Source: Chitinophagaceae bacterium (GTDB lineage: Bacteria; Bacteroidota; Bacteroidia; Chitinophagales; Chitinophagaceae). Taken from it: a DNA stretch of 64,000 bases. The translations under genes and the position numbers were made by a program. The notes under the pieces were generated by a model. It had not been told where the DNA came from, made no database searches, and saw nothing but the letters and a program-made list of their open reading frames with translations. Positions 27,064-36,787 of this stretch are shown here, piece after piece. Where the stretch lies: NCBI GenBank assembly GCA_044226045.1, contig JBGAHR010000002.1, positions 97,059 through 161,058 on the forward strand, given 5' to 3'. Numbering within the stretch: the stretch's first letter is position 1; each line of letters opens with the position of its first letter.

Positions 27064-29264
27064 TACAGTTCTCCCATCGCTTTCCTGTATGCTTTTATAA
27101 ACAGGGCTCCGAGGTTTTTGTACGGCGGAATGTAATCATCGAATTTTTCCTTGGAGTCGGCATTGGTGAACCTGGAATCGAGGTCTTTCCACATGCTGAG
27201 CCATTCGATATTTCGTCCGGACAGCAGCGTGCTGTTAATAGCCTGCAAGATAGGCTCATTTACATGCATGGTGCCGGTTTGTTTGGAGGAAATGATATGG
27301 GCATCGTGACTAATCGACAATACTTCGTTGATATTATTGTATCCGCCGCAGGAACCGAGAATGACGATCCTGGCCGTAGGCATGATGCGTTTCATGGTGG
27401 ATTTTACATGGTAACTATGACCACGATGCACATAGATCGTGGGTTTGAGCTTTTTATCGTAGAGAAAATCGCTCAGTTTGTTGATGGCTTCTTCATCGAG
27501 GTCTTCGCCTTTTTCACTGAAAAGTGGCTTATTGGCGTAAATCTGGATCTTATGACCTTTCAGAGAAGTGATAGCCACCCATTTCGGATTATCCTGTATT
27601 TTCCAGTCGGCCTTATTTCTGAAATTTCCCAGGAAGCTGACATAGGAGTTCTGTCCGTCCTTGTCTTCGTCGCCATAGAAAAATACCTGCATAATGATGC
27701 GCCCGCTGTCATCTTTCAGCTTTGAATAGTCGATAGAATAAACGGGGGGAATTCCCAGTGAAGAAGACAAATCAACTTTCTGGGAGGTATCGGCCGACTT
27801 GAAAAGTATCTGTAGAATGTTATAAATGACCGATCCCTTTTTGTTGGTCAGGCGATTATTTTTTTCGTAGTTGGTTTGTGCTTCCTGGCGAATAAAAGCG
27901 GCCAGGTTAGGGTTTTTATCCACGATGCTGCTGTAAGAATCCGCCACATCCACCGCTTCTTCTGTTCCATCTGTTTTCTCCAGGCCGATGACAAAGGCTT
28001 TCATTAGAATATTTTCATTGCCTTTTTCCATTCTTGACAGAAAATCATTGAGAGTATTGTATCCTGCGCAGATCTTTATAAATTTTCTGAAAAAATCCGC
28101 ATTCACGCTCATCAGGAGGCTGTCGCTACGAGGATTTGTCATTCGTTGAAAGATGCGGGGATAAACTCCTTTTACAAAACTCGAGGTATAGATCTCATCT
28201 TCCCCTAGCACAGCCAGGTAATAGAGTTCCTGTGGAGTCAGGCCATCGAGTCTTTTGAATCGTATGGCTTCATTGTTCACAGAGTGCAGTGCATTGATCT
28301 CCCTGATAAAATACTCTTTGGCTTTGCGCGCCATCATGTCGACCAGCGACCGCATTTCCCTCGCCGTATCCCGATAGGGAGGTAGCAGTCGGCCGGCATA
28401 TTCGATGCGGGTCTGGACCATCAGGCGATAGTACGCCAGGTCGTTTTCTCTCACTTTGTCGATATCGGCCAGTGTTATTTTTCCGCGCAGTATATTTTCA
28501 AGGAAGGGGAAATACAGTCTGCCGCTTTTACTGTTTGCCATCTGGGCAACAGTGCGAATCAGCGTATCAGGATGTTGCCTGATCCGGTTGCCCAGGGAAT
28601 TATGAGCCTGTGCAACATCATATAGTTTCTGGATATCCAGGTGACCGGCAATTCTGATCAGACTGTCGGTAAAATAGTAACTGGTGTTATTTTTCAGAAC
28701 ATTGAAAATCTCTTCCGGGTGCAGACCGCAATATTTCCTGACCAGTTCGATTCGGGAAGCGGGCACCCCGGGATTCTCAGATGGATACAGAAAACACTCT
28801 ACCAGAATTTTTCCAACGGCATAACTGTTGCGGTCGATGACTGGTTTTATGCTTTCACCCCGGCTATCGAGTAACAGGCTTTCCTGGAAGGCATTGACCA
28901 GTGCAGAGGCTATTTCGGGAGAGAAATCGGGTTTATTCCAGTTCTCGTTGTATCCCCGTAGCATATATTCCACACTACGGAGGTATTTTTTCTTGGTATT
29001 GGTGGTTGTGCTGCTGTCCAGCTCAATTTTCTTCTGAATCTGATCAACTTCACGGATCAGGGCATTTTTCACCGCCAGGTTGATTGCAGGATCGGCCGTG
29101 ATTTTTACCTCACCCTGCTCATTCAGCAATCTTTTCTGTTGTTTGTCGATATTGTCGTGCCAGAGGAGGCGGTCCGTCGCTATTTTATAGGGCATATCCT
29201 GCGCCATCAGCCACTGACAACCCAACAAGGCCACTGAAAGAGAGGTAAGTAAAAATTTCTTCAT
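27063..29264 (-). CDS. Large secreted hypothetical protein; possible C-terminal caspase-fold (clan CD) cysteine peptidase domain
   Basis: Signal peptide MKKFLLTSLSVALLG; C-terminal TIYVHRGHS...RIVILGSCGG His/Cys pattern. Confidence 0.7.
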   Translation of the reverse strand: MKKFLLTSLSVALLGCQWLMAQDMPYKIATDRLLWHDNIDKQQKRLLNEQGEVKITADPAINLAVKNALIREVDQIQKKIELDSSTTTNTKKKYLRSVEYMLRGYNENWNKPDFSPEIASALVNAFQESLLLDSRGESIKPVIDRNSYAVGKILVECFLYPSENPGVPASRIELVRKYCGLHPEEIFNVLKNNTSYYFTDSLIRIAGHLDIQKLYDVAQAHNSLGNRIRQHPDTLIRTVAQMANSKSGRLYFPFLENILRGKITLADIDKVRENDLAYYRLMVQTRIEYAGRLLPPYRDTAREMRSLVDMMARKAKEYFIREINALHSVNNEAIRFKRLDGLTPQELYYLAVLGEDEIYTSSFVKGVYPRIFQRMTNPRSDSLLMSVNADFFRKFIKICAGYNTLNDFLSRMEKGNENILMKAFVIGLEKTDGTEEAVDVADSYSSIVDKNPNLAAFIRQEAQTNYEKNNRLTNKKGSVIYNILQILFKSADTSQKVDLSSSLGIPPVYSIDYSKLKDDSGRIIMQVFFYGDEDKDGQNSYVSFLGNFRNKADWKIQDNPKWVAITSLKGHKIQIYANKPLFSEKGEDLDEEAINKLSDFLYDKKLKPTIYVHRGHSYHVKSTMKRIMPTARIVILGSCGGYNNINEVLSISHDAHIISSKQTGTMHVNEPILQAINSTLLSGRNIEWLSMWKDLDSRFTNADSKEKFDDYIPPYKNLGALFIKAYRKAMGEL

Positions 29265-29512
29265 AAAGGATCCTTTCAACCAAACACAAAAATACTACCA
29301 AATCACTGTATACGAACGTCAGACAGGCCGAGGGAGTATAAAGCGGGTTAACAATTTACTAATACGGTAAACAGGCGGCAAAGTAGTGGTGAACCAGTCC
29401 AACAGAGGCTGTTCAAGGGGTTGCCAGGGTCAGATTAACAAATTGTAAACTCAATATGAAGATTTCATGCCCCTGTTTCATTTGTGTAGGTTTGCGTAAA
29501 TTTTACCATTTG

Positions 29513-30196
29513 ATGGAGTCTAAAGGCAAAAAAATCCTCATAGCAGACGATGAGCCGGACATTTTGGAGATCATCCAGTACAACCTGGTAAAAGAAGGGT
29601 ACGAAGTTATCACTGCGAAAGATGGCGATGAGGCCCTGGCCAAGGCCAAGATGCACAAGCCAGATCTGATTATACTGGATATCATGATGCCCAAAAAGAA
29701 CGGGGTCGAAGTTTGTGAGATTTTACGCCTCCAGCCCGCTTTTAAAGAAACACTCATTATCTTCCTTACGGCCCTGTCCGATGAAAGTTCGCATATCAGG
29801 GGGCTGGAAACCGGTGCGGATGACTATGTGAGCAAGCCCATTAGTCCCAAGGTGCTCATCAGCCGGGTAAATGCCCTTTTCCGCAGGGTTCATAAAGACC
29901 AACCTTCCGATACTGTCATCAAAATCGACAACCTGGAAATCGACCCTTCCAAGTTTGAAGTAAAAGTGGACGGTAAATCGATCATCCTCGCCAAAAAAGA
30001 ATTTGAACTTCTGCATCTGTTAGCCTCCCGTCCGGGCCGTGTATTTTTAAGAAATGAGATACTGAGCCAGATTTGGGGAAATGACGTGATCGTTGGCGAC
30101 AGAACCATAGATGTGCATATCCGTAAGGTCCGCCAGAAACTGGGTGTAGACTGCATCCGAACAGTGAAAGGCGTGGGTTACAAGTTTGATTTGTAG
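29513..30196 (+). CDS. OmpR/PhoB-family response regulator (PhoP/PhoB-like)
   Basis: ILIADDE, LIILDIMMP (phospho-Asp), IIFLTA, DDYVSKP; wHTH RTIDVHIRKVRQKLG...IRTVKGVGYKF; start MESK at 29513. Confidence 0.93.
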   Translation: MESKGKKILIADDEPDILEIIQYNLVKEGYEVITAKDGDEALAKAKMHKPDLIILDIMMPKKNGVEVCEILRLQPAFKETLIIFLTALSDESSHIRGLETGADDYVSKPISPKVLISRVNALFRRVHKDQPSDTVIKIDNLEIDPSKFEVKVDGKSIILAKKEFELLHLLASRPGRVFLRNEILSQIWGNDVIVGDRTIDVHIRKVRQKLGVDCIRTVKGVGYKFDL

Positions 30197-30206
30197 TTTT
30201 GTAAAG

Positions 30207-31259
30207 ATGTTCTCCACCAAAAACTTATCTCCAAGGGAACTGTCGGCTTTTACAGCCGCCCTCCTTTCTGTTCCAATTTCCCTTGGCATTTACTTTGTTA
30301 CCGGTAGCTGGAAAATTGGTGCGGGTTCATTGGTATTGATCTTCTTCGGCAGTTTCGGATTGATCCTTTTTACGCTTGAAAAATTCATTTACCGCAAGAT
30401 CAAACTGATCTATAAACTGATTCACCAGACCAAGGCCACCCGCCGGGAGGAAGTATATTTCAAATACATCCTGCCTCAAAAAAGTATCGATGAGGTCAGG
30501 GAAGATGTGGAAGCCTGGGGGGAGAGGCAAAAACAGGAAATCGAACTGCTCCAGCGAAACGAGAGCTACCGAAAGGAATTTCTGCAAAACCTCGCCCACG
30601 AATTCAAAACCCCCATCTTCGCAATCCAGGGTTATCTCGACACTCTGCTGAGCGGCGCGATGGAGGATGAGGCTGTGAGTAGAAAATTCCTCGAAAAAGC
30701 CTCCAAAAATACCAACCGGCTGGTAAACCTGGTAAATGACCTGGATGAAATATCCAAACTGGAATCAGGCGAACAACTGCTGTACAAGCAAAGCTTCATC
30801 ATCCAGGACCTCATACTCGAAGTCTTCGATGCCCTTTCGATAAAAACCCAGCAAAAAAACATCACCCCGGTCATTAAAAAAGGATGCGAAGCGCCGATCA
30901 CTGTTTTTGCGGATAAGGAAAAGATCAAGCAGGTATTGACCAACCTCATCGAAAATGCCAGCAAGTATGGCAAATTGAATGGCACCATTGTGGCCAGCGT
31001 CTATCGAACCGACGACTCCCATGTACTGGTAGAGATCAGCGACGATGGCATTGGTATCGAAGAAGAACATCTCCCCCGCATATTCGAAAGATTCTACCGG
31101 ACAGACGCCGCCAGGAGCCGCGATAAAGGAGGCACCGGCCTCGGATTAGCCATCTGCAAACACCTCATTGAAGCGCACGGCCAAACCATCCATGTCAGAA
31201 GTACTCCCGATGTGGGAACGACCATCGGGTTTACGCTGGGCACGAAGCGGGAAGCGTAA
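30207..31259 (+). CDS. Sensor histidine kinase (PhoR-like)
   Basis: Two N-terminal TMs; H-box LAHEFKTP, N-box NLIENASKY, G-boxes DDGIG, FERFYR, GTGLGL. Confidence 0.93.
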   Translation: MFSTKNLSPRELSAFTAALLSVPISLGIYFVTGSWKIGAGSLVLIFFGSFGLILFTLEKFIYRKIKLIYKLIHQTKATRREEVYFKYILPQKSIDEVREDVEAWGERQKQEIELLQRNESYRKEFLQNLAHEFKTPIFAIQGYLDTLLSGAMEDEAVSRKFLEKASKNTNRLVNLVNDLDEISKLESGEQLLYKQSFIIQDLILEVFDALSIKTQQKNITPVIKKGCEAPITVFADKEKIKQVLTNLIENASKYGKLNGTIVASVYRTDDSHVLVEISDDGIGIEEEHLPRIFERFYRTDAARSRDKGGTGLGLAICKHLIEAHGQTIHVRSTPDVGTTIGFTLGTKREA

Positions 31260-31266
31260 CGAATGG

Positions 31267-31385
31267 CGTTTATCGTTTATCGTTTTACGTTTCACGTTGA
31301 TCGTCCTGAAGAAACATGCCAATAATCATCAGGCAACAAATACAAGAAGCAACGATAAACCTGAAACAATAAACGCTAAACGCAA
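31267..31385. repeat. Heptamer inverted-repeat element (same family as 7137-7270)
   Basis: gcgtttatcgtttatcgttttacgtttcacgttg ... caacgataaacctgaaacaataaacgctaaacgc. Confidence 0.82.
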
Positions 31386-31494
31386 AACCCTGCCTCCGCC
31401 TCAGCATTTCCCATTATTTGCCGAATAAATCCTGGTTCGTGTATATGACAGGGGCTTTACGCGGTGTTATCAGGGTCGTAATCCCAATTATCCT

Positions 31495-32673
31495 ATGAAT
31501 CGGTCTGGCTCTGCCCTGTTGTTTTTACTGGTATTGTCGTCACTCGGCGGCGTTGTTCGGGCACAGACATGTGTAGATCCCCTCAAAACAATTCAATACG
31601 ACACAACTCTCCTGGGAACCGGAAACGGTTACTCCACGGTCAGTTTTCCCAAATTTGACGCCACACTGGGCACTTTGATGGAAATAAGGCTGCAGGCGGA
31701 AATAACACTCAAATACAGCTTCCAGTTAGAAAACAAAGAAAGCATTGCCATCAGTAACTACCGTGTGCGGGTGACCCGGGAGGACGAAATCAGCAGCCCG
31801 GCCCTGATTGACCCGATCTATAATTCGCAGATAAGAACCTATGGGAGCTATGCCCTGGGTGCCTGGGATGGTGTGGCCGGATCCGGTTCGGATTATACCA
31901 ATCGCGGGCCCCTGTTCGTCATGAACCACGCGATCGTTTCACAAACCGTCTACAACGCGGCCGACTACCTTGGAATGGGCACGGTTGATTTCGATTATAA
32001 CTCCATGACCTATTCTTCTGTATTGGGAAGCGTTAACTATACATTCAATGCCACAGCACAGGATACAATCATCTTTCGGCTGCAATATACCTACTGCCCA
32101 AGCTGGTTTTTGAAGGCAGATGTCACCAGTTTCTTTGCTACCAAAAACAGGTTCAATGGCGTGGATATTAGCTGGACAACCGAAAATGAAGAGAAAGACC
32201 GGGTATATGAAGTACAGAAAAGTTATGATGGCAGGAACTTTGAAACCGTTGCGGGCGTTAAAGCTACACCCCAGGCCAATCTCACAGGACACTATCAACA
32301 GGTATATCATTTCCGTCCGGAAGACAACCACCCCAAACTGATCTTCCGACTCAAACAAAAAGAGGCCAACGGCGATATCAAATATTCCATCCTGCGGGTT
32401 GTCGACATGAACCTTTCTACTAACCAGGGCATACGACTGTTCCCGAATCCGGCACGACAGTACACGCAAATTGTCTTCTCCAATCAACAAAGAGGAAACT
32501 GGAAGGTGGAGCTGCTAAATGCCAATGGAGCATTGGTAAAACAACAACAATTCAATAATGCCCTAACGGCGAAGCTGGATGGCTTGTCCTCATTACCCAA
32601 AGGAATCTACTTCATCCGCGCAACCGAACTGGGAACAGGATCGGTAAAGAAACAGGTGCTGATGGTGGAGTGA
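31495..32673 (+). CDS. T9SS type A sorting domain protein with choice-of-anchor-E-like N-terminal domain
   Basis: SFPKFDATLGTLMEI motif; CTD LFPNPARQ...LPKGIYFIRA...KQVLMVE. Confidence 0.8.
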   Translation: MNRSGSALLFLLVLSSLGGVVRAQTCVDPLKTIQYDTTLLGTGNGYSTVSFPKFDATLGTLMEIRLQAEITLKYSFQLENKESIAISNYRVRVTREDEISSPALIDPIYNSQIRTYGSYALGAWDGVAGSGSDYTNRGPLFVMNHAIVSQTVYNAADYLGMGTVDFDYNSMTYSSVLGSVNYTFNATAQDTIIFRLQYTYCPSWFLKADVTSFFATKNRFNGVDISWTTENEEKDRVYEVQKSYDGRNFETVAGVKATPQANLTGHYQQVYHFRPEDNHPKLIFRLKQKEANGDIKYSILRVVDMNLSTNQGIRLFPNPARQYTQIVFSNQQRGNWKVELLNANGALVKQQQFNNALTAKLDGLSSLPKGIYFIRATELGTGSVKKQVLMVE

Positions 32674-32675
32674 GG

Positions 32676-33108
32676 AAAGTGAAAATTGAAAAGTCAAAAG
32701 TCAAAAGTCAAAAGTCAAAAGTCAAAATTCAAAAGTGAACAGCTAACTAGTTCATGCAGTTCAGGAACGCAGAGGACGCCAAGTACCGCTAAGGGCGCAA
32801 AAAGAAATTCAAAAGCCAAAAATAAAACGTTGATCAATATGCGATTCCGTAAAAAAATAGAATTAAATTTTCAGGTTGCTTAGAAAATATTACTTTTTAC
32901 TTTTTACTTTTTACTTTTTACTTTTTACTTTTTACTTTTTACTTTTTACTTTTTACTTTTTACTTTTTACTTTTTACTTACTTTTTACTTTTTTTACTTT
33001 TTACTTTTACTTTACTTTTTACTTTTTACTTTTACTTTTTACTTTTTATTTTTACTTTTTTTTTTACTTTTTACTTTTTAATTTTGACTTTTGACTTTTG
33101 AATTTTCA
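32676..33108. repeat. MITE-like element with heptamer terminal inverted repeats and an internal TTTTTAC array
   Basis: Left gtgaaaattgaaaagtcaaaagtcaaaa; right ttttgacttttgacttttgaattttcac; internal (TTTTTAC)n at about 32890-33077. Confidence 0.88.
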
Positions 33109-33111
33109 CTC

Positions 33112-34233
33112 TCAAACCTTCTCCATCAACTTTTCCGCCAGGCCGAAGCTGAGGGTCATTCCCGCGCCGCCGAGTCCGTTAAATAGATACACACCCGGAT
33201 CCGGGTTTAGAAACAGGTATGGCTCACCGTTGGTAAGCTTGGCATAAATTCCATTCCAGGATTCCAGCAGATTCCATTGCGGGAATTGTGCAAATATCTT
33301 CAGGTAGTCCACGATCAGGTTGTTGATATCACTCCGATCGAACGGATCAAGCGTCAGCCCATATTCATGCGAATCCCCAATGGTCAGTTCACCCGCTTCA
33401 TTCTGAGAAACCATCACATGAATACCCCAATCGAGATATTCCTTCATTTCCTGCCGGAATCGTTGTTTCAATGCGACAAGAGACGGCGCGGCCTCGAAAC
33501 TTTTGTAATGCGCCAGCGACAATCCGCCACACAATGCCGGACCAATGCGCCAGGAGCCTGGAGCCTGAAGACGCATCATTTGCAGCTTGCACTTGGTAAT
33601 TGAAAGAGAAGAAAACAGCTCGGGATAAAGGGTTTCAAAATCTGCACCCGAACACAATACCACCAGGTCTGCCTTGAATGATTCATTCCCGCACCATACC
33701 GTGGTGCCGTCTATTCGGGACACCGCTTTGTTGAAAAGAAATCGGGTCTTATATTTTTCCTGCAGGTAAGCCGGTATGGCCGCGATGGCCTTTTTGGGAT
33801 TCACAATCACTTCATCGGCGCTGTATAATCCTCCCATTAATTGTTCTCCAACAACCGCGGGAGATTTTTGAAGTACTTCTTCCCTGCTCAGTAATTGTAC
33901 AGGGCGTTCTTTGTGATAGGTTTCAAATAGTTCCTGTAACACTTGCCATTCATCTGCCTGATAGGCCAGGTGAAGACTGCCGGCTTCTTCATGCCAGAAA
34001 GCGCCTGCACGACTGATTTCCTGCCAGGCGGCCCGGCTTCTCAAGGCACTTTCATACAGAAACCCTGATGGTTGCCCGATGGGCCAAACCATTCCGAAGT
34101 TACGGATGGAAGCCCCTACGGCCTGCCCGTTTCTTTCGATGATGGTAACTTCATAACCCTGCTGGGAAAGAGATCTGGCAGATGCCAATCCTACGATGCC
34201 GGCGCCGATAACGATGGCTGATTTTTTTGCCAT
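33112..34233 (-). CDS. FAD-dependent oxidoreductase, TIGR03364/HpnW-type (phosphonate catabolism-associated)
   Basis: IVIGAGIVG; GASIRNFGMVWPIGQ; CKLQMMRL; GLGGAGMTLSFG; gene context. Confidence 0.85.
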   Translation of the reverse strand: MAKKSAIVIGAGIVGLASARSLSQQGYEVTIIERNGQAVGASIRNFGMVWPIGQPSGFLYESALRSRAAWQEISRAGAFWHEEAGSLHLAYQADEWQVLQELFETYHKERPVQLLSREEVLQKSPAVVGEQLMGGLYSADEVIVNPKKAIAAIPAYLQEKYKTRFLFNKAVSRIDGTTVWCGNESFKADLVVLCSGADFETLYPELFSSLSITKCKLQMMRLQAPGSWRIGPALCGGLSLAHYKSFEAAPSLVALKQRFRQEMKEYLDWGIHVMVSQNEAGELTIGDSHEYGLTLDPFDRSDINNLIVDYLKIFAQFPQWNLLESWNGIYAKLTNGEPYLFLNPDPGVYLFNGLGGAGMTLSFGLAEKLMEKV

Positions 34234-35501
34234 GAGCCTTGACTGATTTTATACTTCCGGTTAAAATAGAAAAATGATAGTATCACACCCAACACACCAA
34301 TGACCGAAAATCCGATCACGGCATTGGAATAGAACGAAACCCAGTTCAACTGGAGTTTCAATATTTCCTTACTCAGCACGACAAACATGCTTCCGAAATA
34401 TCCCCAGGCATCTGCCATATAAATCAGAAATCCTACGTTTCCTGCAATTCGGAAGCAGGCAATCATTCGCTCGAAAAAAATACAGTTAAAGGGAATATAA
34501 CCCATATACAATCCAAGACCCGTCAATTGCATCCAGGTAGCGCCACTGATCTTTCCGTCGAGAAAAAGAACAGATGAAAGACCCGCGATCAGAAACCCTG
34601 CTGCAATAACGATATGGATCAGTTGAAAAGCCCTGAAATTATTCCGGATTATCACCAGCAGGCTCATCAGGGCCAGCACTATGATGGAAGTGATTGTTTC
34701 GGTTCGGGTAAAAACGGAGGGCTTGCTGCCATACCCCAGGTCATTCCACATATTGGCCATGAAGTTGTCGCGAATGTCGCGCATAACGGTCAGGAACAGG
34801 TAGGTGATCGTGATGATGACAAGCCCCCAGCTAAAATTCCTCAACAACTTTCTTCTGTCTTCCTTGTTCATGGGTAACCGTTGCGTTCGCTCCCGTATGT
34901 CCTGCTCGTCGGGAACGGGTATTTTTTCCAGCAGATAGATAAATAGTATCAGCGGAACAACAAACACCAGTCCGGTCATGAAGCCCAACCATTTTTCGGG
35001 AATCTCCAGGCTGTCTCTTAACCATACCGCTACAGATCGGGTAAACCCACCTGCAAAAATGAAACTAACGGCCATGGCACTTCCGATAAAATCGGTTGCT
35101 CTTCGTCCTTCTACATAGCTGAATACAATGCCCCACATAAATCCCAACATGAAACCATTCAACAATAAACAGATCATTCCAAAAGGCGGCGGCACCAGGG
35201 CAAACAGCAACAGGGCCAGCCAGGAAGTGCCTACCAGGATCGCACTGGTTTTCCATCTTCCCAGTCGTTTCAGTTCGGAAATAAACTTGATGCCGTAAAA
35301 TTTGCTTAACATATAACCGATACCCTGGCTGATGATCAGCAGGGTTTGGTAAGACACCCCCCAATAATTCAGTCCGGGGAAGGTGGCAACCGTAAATGGC
35401 TTTCTGTAGGCGTAGACCGACGCGTAAGTCAGGAACGCTACAACAGCAGCATACAAAGCAGTCAGTACCTGTTGCCGGGTAAATGTGGAGGAAGAGGGCA
35501 T
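34191..35501 (-). CDS. DUF5690 family MFS-like inner-membrane transporter
   Basis: About 12 TMs; YASVYAYRKPF, SYVEGRRATD, GNVGFLIYMADAWGY. Confidence 0.8.
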   Translation of the reverse strand: MPSSSTFTRQQVLTALYAAVVAFLTYASVYAYRKPFTVATFPGLNYWGVSYQTLLIISQGIGYMLSKFYGIKFISELKRLGRWKTSAILVGTSWLALLLFALVPPPFGMICLLLNGFMLGFMWGIVFSYVEGRRATDFIGSAMAVSFIFAGGFTRSVAVWLRDSLEIPEKWLGFMTGLVFVVPLILFIYLLEKIPVPDEQDIRERTQRLPMNKEDRRKLLRNFSWGLVIITITYLFLTVMRDIRDNFMANMWNDLGYGSKPSVFTRTETITSIIVLALMSLLVIIRNNFRAFQLIHIVIAAGFLIAGLSSVLFLDGKISGATWMQLTGLGLYMGYIPFNCIFFERMIACFRIAGNVGFLIYMADAWGYFGSMFVVLSKEILKLQLNWVSFYSNAVIGFSVIGVLGVILSFFYFNRKYKISQGSWQKNQPSLSAPAS

Positions 35502-36182
35502 TTATGAAATTAAGGAAGACAATTGAGAAAGGCTGTCAATGATATGATCGGGATGATAGGCTTCGAGCTGCTCACGGGTGTAGGCGCCAGTGGTAACGCT
35601 GATAACAAGCCCACAGCCTGCATTCCTGCCTTCCTGTACATCCACTTCGGTATCTCCCAGTTTTACAATAGAGGCAGGGTCGCTGATCGATAAGGCCTTC
35701 ATGATCGTCTTGATCATTGATGGAGAAGGACGTCCTTCGTCCACTTCATCGCTGGCAATTACATAATCTATTTGCCGGCCTGTTTGCCAGTTCAGTCGGG
35801 TAAGGATGGTATCGGTAATTGCCCGGGTAAAACCGGTATTCAATGCAACCTTGATTCCTTCCTGCCGGAGCTGGCCAAACAATTCCTCTGCAAAAGGAAG
35901 CGGTCTGATCTCTGTATCGTTTCTGTAAAACTCAATCATTTTGTGAATGAAAGCGTCATGTATCCGGTTGATGGTTTCGTCGTTGATCTCTGCCGGTTTG
36001 TACTTTTCCAACAGGATGCGAATGGCATCTTTCTTACGCCATCCCATCACTTTTTTCACTTCCGCTCTTTCCACTGCAATGCCTGCATCCGCAAACGCGG
36101 CAATGAAGGCATCGGCCACATTACCCCTGTCGTTTACCGTTGTACCGGCCATATCAAAAACCACCAGTTTATATTTGCTCAT
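35502..36182 (-). CDS. HAD-family phosphonatase-like hydrolase (PhnX-like)
   Basis: True start MSKYKLVVFDMAGT at 36182; MGWRKKD cap motif, LNTGF, GRPSP, KLGDTEVD. Confidence 0.85.
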   Translation of the reverse strand: MSKYKLVVFDMAGTTVNDRGNVADAFIAAFADAGIAVERAEVKKVMGWRKKDAIRILLEKYKPAEINDETINRIHDAFIHKMIEFYRNDTEIRPLPFAEELFGQLRQEGIKVALNTGFTRAITDTILTRLNWQTGRQIDYVIASDEVDEGRPSPSMIKTIMKALSISDPASIVKLGDTEVDVQEGRNAGCGLVISVTTGAYTREQLEAYHPDHIIDSLSQLSSLIS

Positions 36183-36210
36183 AATAAATATTGTGTTTCG
36201 CTTCTGAAAA

Positions 36211-36783
36211 TTATTGTTGTTCGAGATGCCTGATGATGCGCAATCTGTAAGGTTCGAGATCGCCCACCGGCTGGTTCTCGATCTTGGCTTCCTCATCCCA
36301 CAGGCGCATCTGTATGATTTGATCAAAAAGAGGATCTGATTCAAAAGCCTTCGCTTCTTCGGTTTCCATTCTTCCCCCCTGGAATTCCAGCGTTTTCCTA
36401 CTGGCTTCCGACAATTGTTCGTAGTAGTCGGGCTTCTTCCATGTAAGATAACGCTTGGCATCTACATGTGACTCCACGAGGCGGATTAACTTTTCCGAAA
36501 ATCCGTGATCACGCAGATAGGCTGCGCCCACTGCTTCGTGATCAATGGTTCCAAATCCGTCCATCTGCGCATGCGTGTCGGCACTTACGCAGATGTGACC
36601 GATATCATGCAAGAAAGCAGCGAGTATTACTTCATCATCGTACCCCTGTTTCAGCGCCAGTTCTCCCGCCTGGTACATGTGTTCCAGTTGTGTTACTTTT
36701 TCTCCGGCATATTCCTGACCGCCATAATCACTGAACATGGTTAGGATGCGATCGGCTATCTCGGCGGCTTGTAAATGATTCAT
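36211..36783 (-). CDS. phnZ: HD-domain phosphonate oxygenase, PhnZ-like
   Basis: YAGEKVTQLEH, LHDIGH, HEAVG, HVDAKRYL and RLWDEEAK match the PhnZ diiron ligand pattern. Confidence 0.8.
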   Translation of the reverse strand: MNHLQAAEIADRILTMFSDYGGQEYAGEKVTQLEHMYQAGELALKQGYDDEVILAAFLHDIGHICVSADTHAQMDGFGTIDHEAVGAAYLRDHGFSEKLIRLVESHVDAKRYLTWKKPDYYEQLSEASRKTLEFQGGRMETEEAKAFESDPLFDQIIQMRLWDEEAKIENQPVGDLEPYRLRIIRHLEQQ

Positions 36784-36787
36784 GAAA

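Noticed and set aside
29346-29451. TTAACA hexamers upstream of the response regulator as an autoregulatory Pho box
   Set aside because: They are off-phase relative to both -7 boxes (TAGGTTTG 29487; TATTTTTG 29287-29294) and not in a clean 11-bp series; left as unsupported
36183-36461. 92-aa N-terminal extension of the HAD ORF in the track
   Set aside because: It overlaps phnZ in another frame; the HAD motif I starts right after Met at 36182
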